Assembly (NCBI GenBank): GCA_040756555.1
Contig: JBFLYS010000006.1
Coordinates: 6,025-70,024 of the forward strand
Length of the DNA stretch: 64,000 nucleotides
Reading direction: 5' to 3'
Source: Pseudomonadota bacterium
Lineage (GTDB): Bacteria; Pseudomonadota; Alphaproteobacteria; Rhizobiales; Xanthobacteraceae
The position numbers were made by a program, and so were the translations under genes. Position 1 is the first letter of the stretch; each line of letters begins with the position of its first letter. Positions 32,348-41,259 of this stretch are shown piece after piece. The notes under the pieces are model-generated. The model saw only the letters and a list, made by a program, of their open reading frames with translations. It was not told the DNA's origin and searched no databases.

Positions 32348-33487
32348 ATGAAGAAACTTCAAAGGGATCGCCGCGAGACCAATCCCGCCTTTTCGACGCG
32401 CAGGCTGAAGCTCGGCACCTTCCAGACCAATCTCGATTCCGGCTGCGTGATGTCGGACCTCGACGGCCGGCTCGATATCAACTGGCCGAATACGGTTACG
32501 CTTGCGAAGCTCGCTGACGAGATGGAGTTCGAAGCGCTGGTGCCGGTGGCGCGCTGGCATGGCTGGGGCGGCGACACCAATCCGCAAGGGCCGGGCTTCG
32601 AGGCTTACACCTGGGCCGCGGGGATCGGTGCGTCGACGCGGAAAGCTGGCGTGTTCGCGACCTCGCACATCACCATCAATCATCCGGTGATCGCGGCGAA
32701 ACAATCGGCGGTGGTCGACCACATCACCGGCGGGCGCTACGCGCTCAACGTCGTCACCGGCTGGAATCAGCCGGAAATCGAGATGTTCGGCCAGCCTATG
32801 TTGAGCCACGAGGAGCGCTACGCCTGCGCGGAAGAATGGCTCGACATCGTCAAGCGGCTATGGACCGAAGACGCGATGTTCGACCACGATGGCCGCTATT
32901 TCAAAATCGCGAAGGGCTATCTGGAGCCCAAGCCGATCCAGGCGCCGTATCCCGCGATCATGTGCGCGGGCGCCTCGGAGTTCGGCCGCCATTTCGCGGT
33001 GAAGAACTGCGATCTGGTCTTCACGGTCATTCGCACCGGCGGTCTCGACGAATGCCGCGCGCACGTTCAGGCCTATCACACGCTGGCGCGGGAGCAGTAT
33101 GGCCGTTCGATCAAAGTCTGGACGCTCGTCAACATCGTGCAGGGCGAGACGGAGAAAGAGGCGCGCGACTTCTACAACTACTATGTGAAAGAGAAGGGCG
33201 ACTGGGCCGCAGCCAAGAACATGGTCGATACGTTCTCGCTCGAGATCAACAAACGCAACGTGCCGCCGGAACGCATCAGGCCGTTGCAGGAGGCGTTCAT
33301 TCAGGGCTGGGGTGGACTGCCGATCGTCGGCACCAAGGAGCAGGTTGTCGATTCGCTTCGGATGCTGTCGCAGGCGGGGCTCGATGGCGTGCTCGTGGCC
33401 TTCCCGCGTTACGAGGAAGGCATGATGCAATTCCGCGACGTGACCTATCCGCTGGTGAAGCAGGCGGGGTTGCGGGACTTCGTCTAG
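32348..33487 (+). CDS. LLM-class flavin-dependent monooxygenase
   Basis: FEALVPVARWHG, HPVIAAKQ...DHITGGR.ALNVVTGW, PKPIQ, AGASEFG, IVGT. Confidence 0.9.
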   Translation: MKKLQRDRRETNPAFSTRRLKLGTFQTNLDSGCVMSDLDGRLDINWPNTVTLAKLADEMEFEALVPVARWHGWGGDTNPQGPGFEAYTWAAGIGASTRKAGVFATSHITINHPVIAAKQSAVVDHITGGRYALNVVTGWNQPEIEMFGQPMLSHEERYACAEEWLDIVKRLWTEDAMFDHDGRYFKIAKGYLEPKPIQAPYPAIMCAGASEFGRHFAVKNCDLVFTVIRTGGLDECRAHVQAYHTLAREQYGRSIKVWTLVNIVQGETEKEARDFYNYYVKEKGDWAAAKNMVDTFSLEINKRNVPPERIRPLQEAFIQGWGGLPIVGTKEQVVDSLRMLSQAGLDGVLVAFPRYEEGMMQFRDVTYPLVKQAGLRDFV

Positions 33488-33508
33488 GCCGGCAGTCCCA
33501 TTGTTCGC

Positions 33509-35221
33509 TCAATGGTCGTGATCGTGGTGATGATGGTGGTGGCCATGACCGTGAGAATGGTCATGCGAATGGCTGTGGCCATGATGATGGTGATGTGTAT
33601 GCAAATGCGCCTGCCCCTTCGGCAGGCGCGGGTCTTCGCTGAAGACCAGTGATTTGATCGTCACTGGTACGGTGCGCGACGGCAGGCGGATGCGGCCGAG
33701 GTCGATGTAGTCGAAATCCCACAGCACCACGCCGTCGATGGCGAGGATTTCCCCCTGCACGTCGAGCTCTTCGTGCAGGATCGCGCCGAGCGTCTGCGCG
33801 ATATCGCCGTCGAGCATGATGTAGAGCGGCTTCTTCTGCGCGATTGTCTTTGGCATGCCGCGCACGATGCCTTGTCCGAAGGCGAAGATGCGCTCGTGCG
33901 ACGGCGCGCCCTGCCAGCGCAGCGCGAGTGCCACATCGGCCGCGCCTTCTTCGAGATCGAACGAAACGAAATGGTTGCGGATCGCGGCCGCGAGCTTGTC
34001 CGAGTCGATGGTCTCTTCGCACACGTAATTCGGTTGCAACACCTGCAAATTCCGGCGCGGCAGAAGCGCGCCCGCGTTGGTGATGGTCGAGGTGTTGCCG
34101 GAAAGCTGGACGCTGTATTCCGACGCGCCCAGCGCGGTCGCACGGATGCATTCGCCCGCGGGAAGCAGCGGCCAGGGCAGTGCGCCGTTGTCGAGGCGTT
34201 TCCGCAATGCGCGGCCGAGCCTTCGGCCCATGTCGCCGAAATCGCGGTCCTCGCGCTGGTAGACATATTCCGCGACACCGCCGGAGATCATCACGCCGTC
34301 GATTTGTCCCAGTTCCGCGATTGGATCGGTCAGATAGAGCTGCGCCAGCTTCGGCGGCAGCGGCCGTGTCCTGATCGCGGCAACCAAAACGTCGGCCATG
34401 GTTTCAGCGACCTTATCCATCATTGTGCGGTCGATGGTGTCGCCTTTGTGCCAATGGAATCCGGCTTCTCCCGCGTGATGCTGCCCCGCCGGATCGAGCC
34501 GCACAATCTTGCCCTGCGCGTCCGTCACCTGAAGCCGCCCGCCGATGTGGATGGCGGCCGTCGCGATCACGCGGCCCTTCTCGACCAGCGCGAGCTTCGT
34601 CGTACCGCCGCCGATGTCGATGTTCAGGATGCGCTTGCCTTCATCCGACGACACGCGCGCCGCGCCGGAGCCGTAGCCCGCGAGCATCGCCTCCATGTGA
34701 TGACCCGCGGTCGCGGTGACAAAGTCGCCGCCTTGCTCGGCGAGAAGGCTGCCGATCGCGCGCGCGTTGTCGCGGCGCAGCGCCTCGCCGGTGAGGATCA
34801 CGACGCCGGTGTCGATGTCCTTCGCGTCGATCTCAGCTTGCTTGTAGGCGTCGTGGATGATCGCGCGGAGCTTTTCGTCATCGATCCGCTCTTCGCTCTG
34901 ATAGGGCGTCAGCGCCACCGGCGAGCGGAACAACGTCTCGCGTCCGACCACATAATACCGGCTGGTCATATCCTCGCTCAGCCGGCGGAGATGCACCTTG
35001 GAGAACACCACCTGCGTACCGGCAGAACCGATGTCGATGCCGACGCTGGTCAGCGTTACATTGTCGGCGATCCAGAGTGGATTCTCTTCGAGCGGGCCGT
35101 CTTCGAAAATATCGTCGTGGTCGTGATCGGCCTCGCCGTCGTGAACATGGGCGAGATCGAGGCCCAGGCCGTGGTCGGCAACCGTGTGCGGATTTTTCGG
35201 CGGGCTTTTGGGATCGCTCAT
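33509..35221 (-). CDS. EutA-family (reactivating factor-like) ASKHA ATPase with His-rich termini
   Basis: SVGIDIGS, IDTGVVILTGEA, DFVTATAGHHMEA, NIDIGGGTT, IRATALGA, DYIDLG, VPVTIKSLVF; poly-His tail. Confidence 0.82.
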   Translation of the reverse strand: MSDPKSPPKNPHTVADHGLGLDLAHVHDGEADHDHDDIFEDGPLEENPLWIADNVTLTSVGIDIGSAGTQVVFSKVHLRRLSEDMTSRYYVVGRETLFRSPVALTPYQSEERIDDEKLRAIIHDAYKQAEIDAKDIDTGVVILTGEALRRDNARAIGSLLAEQGGDFVTATAGHHMEAMLAGYGSGAARVSSDEGKRILNIDIGGGTTKLALVEKGRVIATAAIHIGGRLQVTDAQGKIVRLDPAGQHHAGEAGFHWHKGDTIDRTMMDKVAETMADVLVAAIRTRPLPPKLAQLYLTDPIAELGQIDGVMISGGVAEYVYQREDRDFGDMGRRLGRALRKRLDNGALPWPLLPAGECIRATALGASEYSVQLSGNTSTITNAGALLPRRNLQVLQPNYVCEETIDSDKLAAAIRNHFVSFDLEEGAADVALALRWQGAPSHERIFAFGQGIVRGMPKTIAQKKPLYIMLDGDIAQTLGAILHEELDVQGEILAIDGVVLWDFDYIDLGRIRLPSRTVPVTIKSLVFSEDPRLPKGQAHLHTHHHHHGHSHSHDHSHGHGHHHHHHDHDH

Positions 35222-35253
35222 CGGGAAGCCCTTACCGCAAAAGCAGGCGCAGC

Positions 35254-35277
35254 AAAACGGGCCCCGAAAGGCCCGTT
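35254..35277 (-). terminator. Terminator after csbD
   Basis: aacgggcc-N6-ggcccgtt stem, ending in a short T run on the minus strand. Confidence 0.55.
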
Positions 35278-35313
35278 CCGCAGTCCGGAATGACGCGCTG
35301 GGTTATGCGCCGC

Positions 35314-35517
35314 TTACCACTTCTGCGCGCCGTACCAGTCGTCGATATCCTTGCGAACCTGGTCTCGGGCAATGCCGTAGCGCTCCTGGATTTTGCCCTC
35401 GAGTTGCTCGCGATGGCCCGCGATCACATCGAGGTCATCGTCCGTCAGGCGGCCCCATTTTTCCTTCACCTTGCCCTTGAACTGCTTCCAATTGCCTTCG
35501 ACGCGGTTCCAATCCAT
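35314..35517 (-). CDS. CsbD family general stress protein
   Basis: MDWNRVEGNWKQFKGKVKEKWGRLTDDDL...GKIQERYG. Confidence 0.95.
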   Translation of the reverse strand: MDWNRVEGNWKQFKGKVKEKWGRLTDDDLDVIAGHREQLEGKIQERYGIARDQVRKDIDDWYGAQKW

Positions 35518-35552
35518 TGGGAGTTCCTCCTGTTTGGGTAAGATGTTGGGCC

Positions 35553-35577
35553 AACGTTACGCCGCATGGAATGTTCC
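35553..35577 (-). promoter_or_regulatory. EcfG/SigT (general stress) promoter of csbD
   Basis: Exact GGAAC-N16-CGTT on the minus strand, 35 nt upstream of the start. Confidence 0.85.
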
Positions 35578-35613
35578 GGAATTGGCTGATATCGCTGATG
35601 TTTTTGGAAAACG

Positions 35614-35638
35614 GGAACCTTTCATCCGCCGGCCGGTT
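35614..35638 (+). promoter_or_regulatory. Putative EcfG/SigT promoter of the response regulator
   Basis: GGAAC-N16-GGTT, one mismatch from consensus. Confidence 0.6.
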
Positions 35639-35728
35639 GTCTCCGGACAGACGGGGGTCCCAAGAGCGCATTGAAACATTGGCTTGCCGAGCGGCTGTGG
35701 ATTGCCCACATCCATTCGGGGAGGTGAG

Positions 35729-36088
35729 ATGACAGCTCCGGACACCAAACGGCGGATTCTCGTCATCGAGGACGAGATGCTGATCGCCATGCTGCTTGAA
35801 GACATGCTGGCGGATCTCGGCCACGAGGTCGTGGGCGTGGTGCCGCGCGTCAATGAGGCGTTGACGGCGATCTCGCGCGACGACTTCGATCTCGCGATCC
35901 TCGACCTCAATCTGAACGGACAAAGCGCCTATCCGGTCGCCGATGCGCTGATCGATCGCGGTATCCCGTTCGCGCTTTCCACCGGCTTCGGCGAGAGCGG
36001 CCTGCCGGAGAAGTATCGGGCCCATCCCGTGCTGCAAAAGCCTTTTGCGAGCGACGACCTGGTGCGCACGCTCAGGACGTTCAAGTAG
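35729..36088 (+). CDS. Single-domain response regulator (SdrG/FATGUY-like receiver)
   Basis: ILVIEDE, AILDLNL phosphoacceptor, PFALSTGFG (variant of PFxFATGY), LQKPF. Confidence 0.88.
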   Translation: MTAPDTKRRILVIEDEMLIAMLLEDMLADLGHEVVGVVPRVNEALTAISRDDFDLAILDLNLNGQSAYPVADALIDRGIPFALSTGFGESGLPEKYRAHPVLQKPFASDDLVRTLRTFK

Positions 36089-36091
36089 CGC

Positions 36092-36994
36092 TCATTTCAG
36101 CCGGGGAAGCGCTTGCTTCACCCGGTCCATCCCGGCCCACGGGTCTTTCCGCATCTTCGTCAAACGTTTCGGCAGATTGAGCACCGTGAAGCTGTTCGCC
36201 GATTTCTGCTTGCCGAGCTCCTCCCAGGTGAGAGGCACGGATACCGTCGCACCGGGCCGTGCGCGGGTGGAGTAGGGCGCAACCGCAGTCGCCTCGCGGC
36301 TGTTGCGGAGATAGTCGACGAAGATGCGGTTGCCGCGAGCAGCTTTCTTGATGGTGGCCGTGTAACGCTTCGGTTCGTCGGTTGCCATCTGCTCGGCGAA
36401 GGCGCGGCAGAACTCCTTGGCGTCATCCCAAGATATGCGCCGGATCGGCACCATCACATGCAGGCCCTTGCCGCCGGTGGTCTTCACGAAGCTTTCCAGC
36501 TTCAGGGCCTTGAGCCGTTCGCGTACGTCGCGCGCGGCGGCGGTGATGTCCTTCCACTCAATGCCCGGGCCAGGATCGAGATCGAACACGAGGCGATCGG
36601 CCTCCTCCAGATGATCGATGGTCGAGCCGCGAACGTGAAATTCCAGAACACCGGCTTGAACGAGCGTCACGACACCAGCGAGATCGTCCACCGATATCGA
36701 CGTCTCGCCGTTGGGTTCCTTGACGAGATGCAGCTTGGTTTCGTCGATGCCGGCCGAAGCGTGCTTCTGGTAGAAGCACTGTCCGGTTTGGCCATCCGGG
36801 CAACGCAGCAGCGCGATCACGCGGCCGGTGACGTGCGGCGCCATGTGCTTCCACACGCTTTCGTAATATCCGGCGAGCATCCGCTTGGTGACGCCGGCGT
36901 CGTCCCAATAGATGCGGTCGGGGTGGGTGAGTGCGACACCCGCGATTGCGACCGGCTGTATCGTGGATTTCCCGCTGGCCGCGTGTTTGGTCAC
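36092..36994 (-). CDS. Stand-alone LigD polymerase (AEP PolDom) protein
   Basis: LTHPDR, RCPDG, FYQKH, DRLVFDLDP, KTTGGKGLH, FVDYLRN, APYSTRAR; no ligase or phosphoesterase domain. Confidence 0.9.
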   Translation of the reverse strand: MTKHAASGKSTIQPVAIAGVALTHPDRIYWDDAGVTKRMLAGYYESVWKHMAPHVTGRVIALLRCPDGQTGQCFYQKHASAGIDETKLHLVKEPNGETSISVDDLAGVVTLVQAGVLEFHVRGSTIDHLEEADRLVFDLDPGPGIEWKDITAAARDVRERLKALKLESFVKTTGGKGLHVMVPIRRISWDDAKEFCRAFAEQMATDEPKRYTATIKKAARGNRIFVDYLRNSREATAVAPYSTRARPGATVSVPLTWEELGKQKSANSFTVLNLPKRLTKMRKDPWAGMDRVKQALPRLK

Positions 36995-38550
36995 GGCGCA
37001 ATTCGATAGAAATTCCGCGCTTCCTCAGTGAAGGCGCGGCGTGAATCGGCATCGAAATAGAACATGTGACCGCCACGGTAGGCCTTCACCTGGGCGCGGC
37101 CGCTGACGCCCTGCGGCGCGATCTGATCGACGAGATAACGGCTCACGCCATAAGGCGTCACGAGGTCGCTACGACCGTGCGCGACCAGGAGCCGAAACGA
37201 CGGATCGACCGCGAGCAGCGCGCTGAGGTCGTCGCTCACGCCCTGACGGTCGCGATTGCCGCCCCAGTCCCAATTGAGTTCGCGGTTGAGCAGGATGTAG
37301 GTGATGTCGGTCTTGAAGCCGAGCTCGTCGCGAGCGTAACCGACATAGAGCCCAGAGAGCGCGCGCACGAATCCGTCGAGCATTGGATCGCCGACGCGCC
37401 CGCCGCCGTCCGGATGAAGATCGGGGATGGTGAAGGTCGCGTCGTAGGAGCTGATCTGCAATCCCTGCGAGCGAAGCTGCCGCGTATAGGCGCCGCGCAC
37501 ATAGCCGCGCGATTTCGCGACCACATCCGCAGGCAATCCGGTCATCTGCCCGATTTTTCCGTAGAAGGCTTGCGCGCGTTCGCCACTCGGCTGCGGACCT
37601 GCGAGCGTCGTCAGATATTCGTTGAGCGCGAAGTGCTCGGCCTCGGCCATCGCCTCCGGCGAGAATTTCTTGGTCCGCTCCAGTTCGCTCGCGACGAATG
37701 ACGGGAAAGTCAGCGCGGCGGCGAAAGGACTTTGTTGGCCGCCAAACGTGTACGATGCTTCGATCAGCGGCGACACCATCACGATGCCCGAAACAATGAT
37801 GCCCTGATCGGCCTGCAATGCGCGGGCGACCTTCGCCGCGCGGAAGCCGCCGTAGCTCTCGCCCAGAAGATATTTTGGCGATGGCGTGCGGCTGTTGTGA
37901 GCGACATAAAGTGCCACGACCTTGGCGAGGCTCTGCGCATCGTTGTTCACGTTCCAGAACGCCTTGCCGCCGTCGGCCTTCGCCGCGCGGCTCCAGCCAG
38001 TGCCGACCGGATCGATGAACACGAGATCGGTGAATGCGAGCCAGGTGTCGGGATTGTCGACGAGCTTGGCTGCTGCGCCATCGCGCCCCTCGGGTCCGAA
38101 GTCGGCGATGCGCGGCCCGGCCATGCCGAGATTGAGAAACACGGACGCTGCGCCGGGTCCGCCGTTGAAGGCAAACGTCACCGGCCGCGTCGCGCGGTCC
38201 GCGCCCTTCAGCGTGTAGGCGGTGTAGTAGATCGCGGCGCTGCGCTCGCCGGTCTGGTCATAGAGAGAGAACGTGCCGGCCGTCGCGGTGTAGGCAAGGG
38301 TGCGCCCGCCGACGTTGATCTGCTTCTCGGTGACGGAATCGCCGGGCAACAAACGCAGCACGCCTTGCGGATCGCGCTGCGCTTCACGCTGGTTGTCGTT
38401 CTGTGCGTCCTGTCGTTGCTCCTGTCGTTGTTCTTGGCGCTGTGGCCGTTCCGGCCTCGGACCGCGCTCTTGCGCGACAGCCAAAGGCGCAACCAGCGCC
38501 AGCATCAGAACAGTGAGAAGCGTTTTCCGGAAAGCCATCGCGAGCCACAC
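36991..38550 (-). CDS. Peptidase S10 family serine carboxypeptidase
   Basis: FNGGPG, FIDPVGTGWS, GESYGG, DLVTP, GGHM; signal peptide. Start may be ATG 38538. Confidence 0.9.
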   Translation of the reverse strand: MWLAMAFRKTLLTVLMLALVAPLAVAQERGPRPERPQRQEQRQEQRQDAQNDNQREAQRDPQGVLRLLPGDSVTEKQINVGGRTLAYTATAGTFSLYDQTGERSAAIYYTAYTLKGADRATRPVTFAFNGGPGAASVFLNLGMAGPRIADFGPEGRDGAAAKLVDNPDTWLAFTDLVFIDPVGTGWSRAAKADGGKAFWNVNNDAQSLAKVVALYVAHNSRTPSPKYLLGESYGGFRAAKVARALQADQGIIVSGIVMVSPLIEASYTFGGQQSPFAAALTFPSFVASELERTKKFSPEAMAEAEHFALNEYLTTLAGPQPSGERAQAFYGKIGQMTGLPADVVAKSRGYVRGAYTRQLRSQGLQISSYDATFTIPDLHPDGGGRVGDPMLDGFVRALSGLYVGYARDELGFKTDITYILLNRELNWDWGGNRDRQGVSDDLSALLAVDPSFRLLVAHGRSDLVTPYGVSRYLVDQIAPQGVSGRAQVKAYRGGHMFYFDADSRRAFTEEARNFYRIAP

Positions 38551-38640
38551 CCGATCAAAGCCGCGCCCGGACTAAGATAGGCGGCGGCCAGCGCCCCCGA
38601 CAGGGGCGGGACGGGCAGCTTCACGAAGCTTTGTGGCGGC

Positions 38641-39552
38641 TTAGTGCTTGTCTTTGGCGGCGGCGTTCATTGCTTTCAGCATCGCGGCCTTGCCTTCGGT
38701 CAGCGTCGCGCGCACGGCCGGCTCCTTGCCGATCAGGCCCAACTCGCGCTGGCGCTTGGAGGTCGCCGCCGCCATCAGCGGCTCGACGCCGAGCTCTTTC
38801 AGAGTCTCGACCACCTGATCCATCTCGTCGGCGCGGCGCACGCCGTGGCTCGCCATGCGCTCGAGGTTGTATTCGATGGTCTTGTCCCAATCGAGCGCCG
38901 GATAGTTGTTGTGCAGCGAGGCGGCGACCTCGTCGACGATGCCGTAGCGCGCTGCGGTGAGGAAGCACTCGGCGGTGAGCGCCTCGATGCCCTTGATCAT
39001 CACGCTGCGGATCATCTTCAGCGCCGCCGCTTGGCCGACCTCGTTGCCGGCGATCACGCCACGCATTTCGAGTTCATCGATCAGGAGCGGCATCACGCTG
39101 TCGGCGTTCGGGCCGGCGAGAAGGAGCGGGGTCTGGTGCCGCTTCGGATGGATCGGCGCAAGGATCGCGACGTCCACGTAGCGTGCGGTGCCTGCAAGCA
39201 GCTTCGCTGTCTCCTGCTTGCGGCCCGGCGAGACCGAGTTGATGTCGAGGTAATACGGATTGCCCTTCAGGTGCGGCTGCACCGAGCGGGCCGCCTCCAG
39301 GCTTGATGCGGCAGTGACCGCAGCCACCACCACGTCCGCGCCCCGCACCGCGTCCGCCGCCGAGGTCGCGAGTCGCGCGCCCATCGCCGTGCCGGCGTCC
39401 TTCAGCTTCTGGCCCGCCGCCTCCGGGAAGAGGATGTCCCAGGCCGCCACGCTCTCGATGCCGGCGTCGCGGAGCCCCGAGGCGATCGCCTGGCCGGCCT
39501 CGCCAAAGCCGATGAAGGAGATGCGGGGCGTGTTGCGGCGGTCCGAGGCCAT
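38641..39552 (-). CDS. NAD(P)-dependent oxidoreductase (6PGD/HIBADH-like, DUF1932 C-terminus)
   Basis: FIGFGEAG, DINSVSP, ALKMIRSVMIKG, HGVRRADEM. Confidence 0.85.
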   Translation of the reverse strand: MASDRRNTPRISFIGFGEAGQAIASGLRDAGIESVAAWDILFPEAAGQKLKDAGTAMGARLATSAADAVRGADVVVAAVTAASSLEAARSVQPHLKGNPYYLDINSVSPGRKQETAKLLAGTARYVDVAILAPIHPKRHQTPLLLAGPNADSVMPLLIDELEMRGVIAGNEVGQAAALKMIRSVMIKGIEALTAECFLTAARYGIVDEVAASLHNNYPALDWDKTIEYNLERMASHGVRRADEMDQVVETLKELGVEPLMAAATSKRQRELGLIGKEPAVRATLTEGKAAMLKAMNAAAKDKH

Positions 39553-39687
39553 GAGCGAATTCCTTAAAATTGGTCCGCTGCATGAATCCGCGAGCGGGAC
39601 GGATCAATCAAATGGTTTTTGACGATGGCGGCTTTGCGCTGAGCGGGTTCCCGCCATGCTGCGACATTGTGCGCACCCGCCGTGGCA

Positions 39688-39729
39688 TGCCCATAAATTA
39701 ATCAATCAATGCTGCCCAAATTCTAGCCA
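39688..39729. promoter_or_regulatory. Two putative NtrC-type enhancer sites
   Basis: 17-mers tgcccataaattaatca (39688-39704) and tgcccaaattctagcca (39713-39729), TGC-N11-GCA-like with AT-rich cores, upstream of a sigma54 promoter. Confidence 0.55.
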
Positions 39730-39790
39730 GCAAAATACCTCCAAATCCTGTTCCCTCGCGAATCCATACGGTTACTGAGTTTTGCGACAT

Positions 39791-39805
39791 TGGCACGTGG
39801 CTTGC
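39791..39805 (+). promoter_or_regulatory. Sigma54 (RpoN) -24/-12 promoter of the urt-ure operon
   Basis: TGGCAC-gtggc-TTGC, exact consensus, 55 nt upstream of urtA. Confidence 0.88.
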
Positions 39806-39859
39806 GATTGCCCTCTGTGAAGCTCCGATCCGGGCTTCGCGTCTAACAGAGGGACACCC

Positions 39860-41170
39860 ATGTTTCATTCAATCCGTTCGGCCGCCGCGCGGCCGGTCGC
39901 CCGGCGCTGGCTATTAGCCACCGGGCTTTCGCTGGGCCTCGTGGCGGCCATGCCGCAGGCCCAGGCGCAAGAGACGATCAAGGTCGGCATCCTGCACTCG
40001 CTCTCAGGCACGATGGCGATCTCGGAGACCACGTTGAAAGACGTGATGCTCATGCTCATCGAGGAGCAGAACAAGAAGGGCGGCGTGCTTGGCAAGAAGC
40101 TCGAGGCCGTCGTCGTCGATCCGGCCTCCAACTGGCCGCTGTTCGCCGAAAAGGCGCGCGAACTGATCACCAAGGACAAGGTCTCGGTCGTGTTCGGCTG
40201 CTGGACCTCGGTGTCGCGCAAGTCCGTACTCCCGGTCTTCAAGGAGCTGAACTCGATCCTGTTCTATCCGGTGCAGTACGAGGGCGAGGAGAGCGAGCGC
40301 AACGTGTTCTACACCGGCGCCGCGCCGAACCAGCAGGCCATTCCGGCCGTCGACTACCTGATGAAGGACGAGAAGGTGAAGCGCTGGGTTCTGGCGGGCA
40401 CCGACTACGTCTATCCGCGCACCACCAACAAGATCCTCGAGGCGTACCTGAAGTCGAAGGGCGTCGCGCAGGAAGACATCATGATCAACTACACGCCGTT
40501 CGGTCACTCCGACTGGCAGACGATCGTCTCCGACATCAAGAAATTCGGCTCGGCTGGCAAGAAGACTGCGGTGGTCTCGACCATCAACGGCGATGCCAAT
40601 GTTCCTTTCTATAAGGAACTTGGAAACCAGGGCATCAAGGCGAAGGACATCCCGGTCGTTGCATTCTCGGTCGGTGAAGAAGAGCTCGCCGGCATCGACA
40701 CCAAGCCGCTGGTCGGCCATCTCGCGGCCTGGAACTACTTCGAGTCGATCAAGAACAAGGGCAACTCCGACTTCATCGCGAAGTGGAAGGCTTTCACCAA
40801 GAATCCGAAGCGTGTCACCAACGACCCGATGGAAGCCCACGTGATCGGCTTCGCCATGTGGGTCAAGGCGGTTGAGAAGGTGAAGTCCACCGATCCGGAC
40901 AAGGTCATCGACGCTCTGCCGGGCATCGAGGCTCCGAACCTGACCGGCGGCACCTCCAAGATGCTGCCGAACCATCACATCACCAAGCCGGTGTTCATCG
41001 GCGAAGTGCGCGCCGACGGTCAGTTCGACGTGGTGTGGAAGACGCCGAGCCTCGTTCCGGGCGACGCGTGGTCCAAGCACCTCGAAGGCTCCAAGGATCT
41101 GGTCGGCGACTGGGTCACCAAGAAGTGCGGAAACTTCAACACCAAGACCAACAAGTGCGGCGGAGCCTGA
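39860..41170 (+). CDS. urtA: Urea ABC transporter substrate-binding protein
   Basis: IKVGILHSLSGTMAISE, FGCWTSVSRK, YPVQYEGEE, GTDYVYPRTTN. Confidence 0.96.
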   Translation: MFHSIRSAAARPVARRWLLATGLSLGLVAAMPQAQAQETIKVGILHSLSGTMAISETTLKDVMLMLIEEQNKKGGVLGKKLEAVVVDPASNWPLFAEKARELITKDKVSVVFGCWTSVSRKSVLPVFKELNSILFYPVQYEGEESERNVFYTGAAPNQQAIPAVDYLMKDEKVKRWVLAGTDYVYPRTTNKILEAYLKSKGVAQEDIMINYTPFGHSDWQTIVSDIKKFGSAGKKTAVVSTINGDANVPFYKELGNQGIKAKDIPVVAFSVGEEELAGIDTKPLVGHLAAWNYFESIKNKGNSDFIAKWKAFTKNPKRVTNDPMEAHVIGFAMWVKAVEKVKSTDPDKVIDALPGIEAPNLTGGTSKMLPNHHITKPVFIGEVRADGQFDVVWKTPSLVPGDAWSKHLEGSKDLVGDWVTKKCGNFNTKTNKCGGA

Positions 41171-41209
41171 TATCGGCGCTCCGTGCTTGACGTAACCCCA
41201 ATCGACAAC

Positions 41210-41237
41210 GGGAGGCGGCACTGCGCTGCCGCCTCCC
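41210..41237 (+). other. Intercistronic hairpin (mRNA-stabilising or partial terminator)
   Basis: 11-bp stem gggaggcggca-N6-tgccgcctccc between urtA and urtB, without a U-tract. Confidence 0.6.
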
Positions 41238-41259
41238 AAATCCTCGCCGGGATTTTGCA

